Assembly: GCF_009914755.1 (NCBI RefSeq)
Contig: NC_060933.1
Reading direction: 5' to 3' (one strand)
Origin: the human T2T-CHM13v2.0 reference genome, Homo sapiens
DNA: 64,000 nt
Position numbers and translations under genes: made by a program. This document shows, one piece after another, positions 53,975 to 64,000 of this stretch. Numbering within the stretch: the first letter of the stretch is position 1; every line of letters begins with the position of its first letter. The notes under the pieces were generated by a model. That model ran no database searches, was not told the DNA's origin, and saw only the letters and a list, made by a program, of their open reading frames with translations.

Positions 53975-54220
53975 ATTCATTAATTCATCCACTTATTCAT
54001 CAAATATTTAATGTGCATCAACTGTCTGTCAGCAATGTCAAAGTTCTGTTGATACAGTGTACAAGACAAAGCACATCTTTACTCTGCCATTTCGATCTTA
54101 TATTTTCATGGTGGAAGATGAAAATAAAGTAGATAAATAAAAAATACCCAAACATACACAGAAATAATATAATTGCAGAAAGTGATCATTGCTATTACAA
54201 AAATAAAACACGGTAATGGG
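53975..54220 (-). mobile_element. L2 3' fragment
   Basis: ATTCATTAATTCATCCACTTATTCATCAAATATTTA...GATACAGTG.ACAAGACA. Confidence 0.65.
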
Positions 54221-54336
54221 AAGAATTAGAATGGCTCCTCAATGTTCTCTCCATCCCTACTGCCGCCATCCTAGAACAAGATGGCATCACTGTGCTTCTT
54301 AACCAGATGGCCAGTGACATCTGAGTAGTTCCTTCA

Positions 54337-54730
<394 letters not shown>

Positions 54731-55686
54731 TTAGCCAGAGGTGACAATGAAACTTTGGCTTACCTGAGAGATTTCACTTTTCAAGAGAGTATTAGACTTG
54801 CACAGGGCATGTTATTGGCTATATAATTCAATTTTATCCAGCTTTGAAGGGAAAAGAAGGAAACCCCACCTAACGTACTCATAATATAAACATTATTATA
54901 TATGCTTTTATTACTATTATAATTATATATTACATTATTTAAATCATAAACATTACGTCAATTTTTGCTTTTCATGTGGACAATAGTAACAATGGATAAA
55001 TCAAATGCATATTGCATCATTAGAAGAGTGCTGGCCTTGTATGAACAAAGTTTTAGTTATAAGTCATCATACTGTTTCTGAGTCATAAAAGAACTACAAC
55101 AGTCTTCCTGGTTCTATCGCAATGCTTATCCCAGGTTCCATAACATTAGTAAAAGTCTTATTATCCAATCACTGAGCTTCACATGCCCTGCAGGTATGGG
55201 CGCTACATCTTATACAATAATTCAATTTTGTTGTTGGATAATTCAGGACCTCTCCCTTGTCAAAGCTAATTTCTAAAGCTAAAGATTCACACACCGTGGA
55301 ATATACTGTGGACATTCCAAACACATTACGGTTAAAGCATATGTCTTGGTGTCAGACACTGATAAAGCTTTCTTGGATTCAATATAAAACTTATGGGAAA
55401 AAAAACTAGTGTGTCAATATAAATTATAATTTATATCAATATTGAGAAATGGACTTCTTCAAGGTTCCACTATTAGTGATGTATATATAAAGGGTTAAAA
55501 TACTCCCTCATGTGAGTAATGGTGCTACAGACACATTCCCACTGGCATCTGATCACAGTCAATCAGTAAATTAAGAGCTCTGAAACCAAGATTTACTTAT
55601 TATGAATAAATCCTTTACTTTTTCTAATAAAAATATATTGTTTTCTTTTAAAAAGAATCTTAAAGTATTGTAGGTTTATTGGTTGA

Positions 55687-56026
<340 letters not shown>

Positions 56027-57578
56027 TCATTATAATTTTTAAAGCATTAGTTTATTCAATATAAGTTGGCTTGGGTCAAATGGAGGCTGAAATGGCCATT
56101 GTTCAGGGTTTGGCTTTGTTGGGTCTAGACAGACATGATGAAATTTCCTGGAGAAGTAAAAGCTTTTTGTGAGTTCTGTGGTACTTCCATCAGCAGCATA
56201 TTGTTACCACTGAAGTGAGATCAAGTAATATCAGTTCCAAAGTGTATGCTGGGAACTTTTATCAGAGACATTTCTGTGCAATTGTAGAAGTGAAAATAGA
56301 GCAGGATGGACTGAAAGATAAATGGGAAGTCAATAAGGAGAGGAGAAGCTAAAATACTGAAATCGGTGAAGTAGGGTGAAGGGGGTTTATTTGATGGGAG
56401 ATGTGTGAGTCTTAAGTTTAAACACTAATGGGAAATGGCCAGTAGAAAGAGAAAAGCTGATGGAATCAAAGAATTTATAGGCGGTTTCAGCATCAATCAT
56501 TTTCACTGTACATCTGAGTACTGTACATTCAGAGAACAAGGAAACATTTTATTTTCCAACTGGATTAAAAAGGAAGGTGATTAAGAATGGCTGGTACGCA
56601 GGCATGAATTCAGGAGCAGGGTGTGTCTCAATCTGGAGGTAATTGTCTTGGAGGAGCTTTGAAAGTGAAATGCCTTTGTGGAATATGCAATTGTAAAATA
56701 AGACTTACCTTTGTAAACCAACTACATTATTTCCAGATCCATGCCTTAAAATGTTGGGGGGTGGGGGTCAAAGCAAAGCTCTCTGAAGATGTCTCTGGAT
56801 GTTCCCATCAGGAGTGAACTCTGTGAATGAAACAATTTCAGAAAATAGAGGTCATTGAGTCTTTGGCCATTGCTGTACAATTGTGAATGAGTAACATTGC
56901 TTCATTATTAAGTCAATAATGCTATCATGAGGGCAGAAATGGAATTTCAAAACAGATCAGTTTATGAGTTTGCTTTGCTTCATTTCTTCCTTTATTAAAT
57001 TTTTCTTCTTACAAACATGATTATATTTTCTTAAAGTTCATCTGCTGCTGCAGTTTCTATTTGAAGAGCATAATCAGTTTCCCAGCAACCAAGAATAGAC
57101 ATGGTGCTGTCTCAAGAATGAGGACTTAAAGGCTAATAATAGATTCCAGTGATTGTGACTTAGAAGCTCTGATTAAAGCATAATTTTCTCTGCCTCATAA
57201 GAACAGGAGCCCAACATAACTGTATTAGAATATGTTCAGCAACTTTATTTTTGCAAAGGGTTTGCCAACACTTGGATTTCTCAAAGTAGCTTTACAAGGT
57301 GACACTTCATTCATTACTACCCATAGTTAACTGTTTTAAAATTCAGACTTAGTGGAATTTGCCCAAGAACATACAATATAGCATGCTTAGAATTGAAACT
57401 TGCCTGCCATTCTTTCCTTTGTTTTAAGGCAGTGTTTTTCAAACCTAATGATCATTAAAATTGCCTGAGAATGTTGTCAAATGCAGATTCTAGCAAGATC
57501 CCAGGTGATGACAATACTTCAAATAGCAAGTTTCTAAGACATTTTGGGTTGCAGTTACAACTATACTTGCAAACAGAA

Positions 57579-57784
<206 letters not shown>

Positions 57785-57870
57785 TAATTTATTTTTAGTC
57801 TATCATATTTATCAAATAAATAACAAACAAAAATATTATGGTAGGAGTTATTAAAAAATTATTGGCCCAG

Positions 57871-58177
57871 GGCCAGGCGAGGTGGCTCACACCTGTAATC
57901 CCAGCACTTTGGGAGGCCGAGGCAGGCAGGTCACCTGAGGTCAAGAGTTTGAGACCAGCCTGGCCAACATGGTGAAACCCCATCTTTGCTAAAAAAAAAA
58001 AAAAAGAAAAAAAATTAATTGGGCTTGGTGGCACACGCCTGTAGTCTCAGCTACCTGGGGAGGCTGAGGCAACAGAATCACTTGAACCCAGGAGGCGGAG
58101 GTTGCAGTGAGCCAAGATCATGCCCCTGCACTCCCGCCTGGGCTCCATCTCAAAAAAAAAAAAAAAGAAAAAAAAAG
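57871..58177 (+). mobile_element. AluS
   Basis: Dimer with expanded middle A run. Confidence 0.92.
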
Positions 58178-58224
58178 GCAGATAAAGAAAAAATAATAAT
58201 AACACAAAGAAAAAATAAAAATAA

Positions 58225-59640
58225 ATTCTCCTGGCAATAGAGTCTTGCATGTTTTTCAGCTTTCCTTGAAGCTGAGATGTGCTCCTGACCTCAAAGGACC
58301 AGTCCCTTGGGCCAGAGTATTGAGAACCATTTACCTGGGCCTGGAGCTGTGGAGAGATTTCCTGACTGTACATGTTCCCATCAGGCTAGGCCAGCCACCG
58401 AACATGGCCTTCAGAGCAGGACAGCAGAACTAGGGCCCTGCCTGGGGTACCTGGTGCTGGTCCAAGTTTTACAGCCAGAGCATCTGCCGAAGTTTGGGGC
58501 CATCCTGGCGCAAGAGGGGTGCAGGGCGGTGGAGTCCTGGTCCTCGGGCTGATGGGCTCCAAAGCCTCTACAGGAAAGAGACGGGGAGAGAGGAGAAGGA
58601 GTCTACGGGAAGGCTGCTGGGAGAGGCTGACCTGCAGGGGTGTGGTGGAGCCTAAAAGCAGGTGACCTGGGAAGACCTGGGGCGGGGAGTATGCCAAGGG
58701 GCAGGAGTGGGGTGAGGGTGGGCAGTGATTCACAGATCTCTCTGCTGTCACCAGGGGAGGGCAAGCTATTGATCTGGAGTCAAGCTGGGAAGAAATCACC
58801 TGTCCTGCCCCTCTAGACCAAAAAAAGGTAAACTGAGTCCCAGAGCAGGGAAGGGTTGCTAACACTCAAGGGTCAAGCAGCAAAGTGGTGTGACCTGAAA
58901 GGGAAGTCATGAGAGACAAAAGGCTGAGGGCGGCACAAGGAAAAAGCTGGGAAAATAAGGCTGCCCAGCGAGAATGGACCAACACTGGCGCCTCACGCAC
59001 ATACACCCCACTTCCCAGCAGGTGCCCTGGGGCATCTCAGAAGCCAGCACAGCCTAGGCCTGCTGCAGAGTGAAAGAGTGAGCCCTGCTCATGCTGAAGC
59101 AACAGGAGCTCATCCAAGGTGGGGGGAAGGGCCAGTGTTGAGGCAGCCGGGGCATGTGCCTCAGGAGTGGAGCCTCTGGTGCCTGGTGTATCACTAGGAG
59201 TGAGTGGCAACGATGTGGAAGTGGCCAGACACCCCATGACCCAGGAGTCAAGGAACCATGCTCTTTGCTGTCCAGTCCCCCAAAACTAATACCTGCACTT
59301 CCACGTGAAGGAAGCAGAATGACCCCTTCTCCCCACTCCCTTTATCCTGAACATCAGCAGGTGGGCCCAGGACTACCAGGCAAATTCTGAGATCCAGGAC
59401 CTATTGAGGAGTAGTGATGGCAGCAACTGGCCAAACCCACACTTTCCAGGCAGCCACAGGAGCTGGGCATGGCCGAGGCCTACAGACATGCAGGCAGTGC
59501 CCCAAGGGTGAGGACAAGGTAGATCATGCCTAATTCCTGCCATGAGTCTGACTGCATGCTAGAGTTTTGCTTGCTTGCCTTCAGTAATGCCTCTCCATCT
59601 TTATGGAATTTCCAGTTCTCAATAAAGTGTAGATACAGTA
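58225..59640. other. GC-rich inserted or duplicated segment, possibly a decayed gene fragment
   Basis: Sharp GC rise in AT-rich surroundings; minus-strand polypyrimidine-AG acceptors and GT donors; plus-strand AATAAA at ~59621. Confidence 0.4.
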
Positions 59641-59986
59641 TATAAGGCAATGTTACTTTGTGTGTAACACTGAATGTGTATTTTGATTTTATCTGCAGAT
59701 CAGTGGCTTTGATTCAGGCAGCTTCAAAGGAATTGTGATCAAGTTATGATAATTTAGTCAACAAGCAGGTCAATGAGGGAGGTAAACTGAGGCAGGGCCT
59801 TCCATGTGATCACCCAGACAAATGCTCCATGCCTAATGCCAAGGCAAAATATTAGGTGATTATCCCAAAAGATTACATTAAAGCGTATTCCATAATTAAA
59901 TATACATTTCAAATTTAGAAGTTAGTTTTAAAAGCTCATCAGTTAAGGTCTGGAACATAAAAAACATTTCATAAAATTAAGGTTTC

Positions 59987-61125
<1,139 letters not shown>

Positions 61126-62476
61126 TTATTCATTCATCACGTGCATTTCCAGCATGAGATCTTCCTCCTTACAGGAGCCATGTTTTGAGTCACTCAACAC
61201 AGTTGTTCAAAATGCAGCATCTTCTCTTCCAGCTAAATTCCTGTTGCATTTGTATTAAATTTGCATATGAATCTGTTATGATGCTATTAGATCTTTTATC
61301 TCAAATCACAAGGTTTTGTTTGAAATTTGAGATTTTTACCTTCATAAACACCTTTTGCCTTTTAAATGATTTCTAAAATTCTCATTTGCAATTATACACA
61401 ACATCGTAATTATGAGTTCTGATTTTCAGGGATGATTATAAAAACTGACATAAATTAAATTGTAGGTTATTCTGAGTAGCCAATACTAGCATTGATTGAG
61501 TTTGCATCAGACTAAAGTGTGTTTCCCAGATTGTAACTTTGTTGTAAAAAATTAAATGTTCCCACATATTCCTCTTCATTGCTGGAGACAATTCTCTATG
61601 AATATTACACATTTCTGCATGTCCAGGCCCTAGAGAAAGACATATATATCCAATGCAAGATGTTGCTTTGGCTGCAATTTTCACTGTGAAGAAAAATTAC
61701 CTTTTTTTCTCAGACTCAGGCTGTATATATATGAGTTCATGGGGCCAAGCCTGGTTCTGGGGTGGGCCTGGAGCCTTGGGCCCTGGAGGCCAGCCTGGAC
61801 CTTGGTCTGCAGGGGCTGGCCTAGAGCTGGGGTGGTGGTCCCAGAGCTTGGGTTTTATTTCTATGTTACACTCAACATGCTGTGATCTCTCATGTGGATT
61901 CCTCAGCTCTTGTGAAAGGATTTTTGTGTGTGAAGATTTGTTCAAATTGATGTTTCTGTGAGGGGCCGAGATCCAGAAAGTCTCATTTTATCACTTGCTG
62001 ACGTCACACCCCACGGCTACTGCGGCTTTTATGTTTTGTTAGTATTCCACCATATTGTGGCAAGCCTGCAATTCAATTAATATTAAAAATCAATCTGAAT
62101 GAGATCATCTCTTAACAGATATCCCACTCTGAAATATCAGGGTGGCTTCTGTTTTGCTTATGTCTTCACTTTGCTTTAAGACAGGTCATAGACTGTGCAT
62201 CTCATTAAGCTTCACAGTGACAAGGACATGTTCTGAGCTGGCCAGTGTGTGGCACACACCCAGCCATGCCTGCAGATGTCTGCTGAAAGGCAGCTTTATG
62301 ACCACCCTTTTGCTTTGTGTCTGTAGAGCTACGAAAACCGTAGCTCACTGAGACTCAGTTACAAAAACTACCAAATGACAAGCAAGTCAAGGGTTTGAAA
62401 TTTTTCCCTCAAGGACATATCTTCTGTGAGGCTTTCAGCTTTCTTAAAAAAATATTTTATTTGAAGATAAAACTCT

Positions 62477-62889
<413 letters not shown>

Positions 62890-63424
62890 TCATTTTCACT
62901 CATCTCCCCTTTCCCTCTTCAGAGGACCAGATTTGCCTGTCTTCTTTCAAGCAGATGACTGAGTCAATCCCACATTACATATGAGGAAACTGAGGTAAGA
63001 GTGGAAATACCCTGAAAAATCAATTTTCTTCCTCTGTTAAAAGGAGATAACTATTTTTTTTCCATAGAACTGTTGTAAAGGTCAGAGCTAATGTATTCAA
63101 AGTTCCTAGTGAACTACCTAGTTTATACGTATTGAAACAGAGAGAGCTGATGCTGATATTTTGATATTCCAGATTACTTGGTGATATGCCTTATCATATC
63201 ATAGAAGATAATAAATGTTAATTTATACAAGCATTATATATATATTTGCGTATATATACACCCATATTATCTTAAGAAAAGTTAGAACCTTTTTCTCTCT
63301 CTGTACGTTTCTTGCAACTTTATGATATTAAACAAATGGAAGTGTTAGAGGTAACTTCCAATAGGAACAAGGAGAGACCAGGAAAGGGAGGAGAAGTGGC
63401 TACATTTTAAATGACAGGTAACAT

Positions 63425-63885
63425 TGTGTCCGGAATTTATTCCTTGTGGTGGGTTCTTCGTCTTGCTGACTTCAAGAATGAAGCAGCCAACCTCGCCGTG
63501 AGTGTTACAGCCCTTAAAGATGGTGTGTCAGGAGTTTCCTCCTTCCCATGGGCTCGTGATCTCACGGACTTCAGGAGTGAAGCCACAGACTTTCGTGGCG
63601 AGTGCTACAGCTCTTAAAGGTGGGGCGGACCCAAAGAGTGAGCAGCAGCAAGATTTACTGTGGAGAGCAAAAGAACAAAGCTTCCACAGCCTGGATGGAA
63701 ACCCAAGCGAGTTGCTGACGCTAGCTTGGGTGGCCAGCTTTTAGTCCCTTATTTGGCCCTGCCCACATCCTGCTGATTGGTCCATTTTACAGAGTGCTGA
63801 TTGGTGCATTTGCAATCCTTTAGCTAGACATAAAAGTTCTCCAAGTCCCCACCTGCCCCAGAAGCCCAGCTGGCTTCACCTCTCA
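63425..63885 (-). mobile_element. LTR12 (ERV9) solo LTR, short LTR12F-like form
   Basis: TGTGTCCGGAATT..GGTGGGTTCTT..CTGACTTCAAGAATGAAGC...GCTGGCTTCACCTCTCA; TSD ACAT. Confidence 0.9.
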
Positions 63886-63896
63886 ACATGGTCAGT

Positions 63897-64000
63897 CTTC
63901 TTTTTTTCTTTTTTTCTTTTTTTTTTGAGACAAAATTTCGCTCTTGTTGCTGAAGCTGCAGCACAATGGCATGATCTCAGGGGCTCACTGCAACCTCCAC
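63897..64000 (-). mobile_element. Alu 3' part (cut by the window edge)
   Basis: Poly-T followed by GAGACA...CTCACTGCAACCTCC. Confidence 0.9.

Noticed and set aside
61653-61961. 102-aa ORF with a GPG-rich segment
   Set aside because: Short GC-rich CCTGG-repetitive patch, no splice context and no known protein similarity recognised

Overview
Human genomic DNA: an AluYb8 with the 7-bp diagnostic duplication is present, and that subfamily is human-specific. The window is AT-rich and repeat-dense, with about 45 Alus, many MaLR/ERV1 LTRs, L1/L2/MIR relics and DNA transposons. No intact protein-coding gene is supported; nearly all ORF-track entries are Alu/LTR read-throughs or GC-rich chance ORFs. 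Main non-repeat items: (1) a CpG-rich, 3'UTR-like retrocopy at 3758-6330 (minus strand), inserted into a THE1 internal region, whose far junction is a TSD-less Alu, suggesting insertion-associated deletion; (2) a repeat-poor block at ~39.9-44.3 kb with plus-strand splice signals and a further candidate non-coding exon at 49648-49848, consistent with the 5' end of a spliced lncRNA (from memory only it resembles the distal SOX2-OT region; unverified); (3) a GC-rich foreign-looking 1.4 kb segment at 58.2-59.6 kb with decayed minus-strand splice signals. Small rearrangement scars include an Alu-Alu unequal-crossover duplication with a chimeric Alu, a 5'-inverted Alu, a 28-bp exact copy 3.5 kb from its twin, and perfect palindromes. 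Repeat subfamily names come from recalled consensus termini and should be confirmed with RepeatMasker/Dfam. I found no convincing new biological system.
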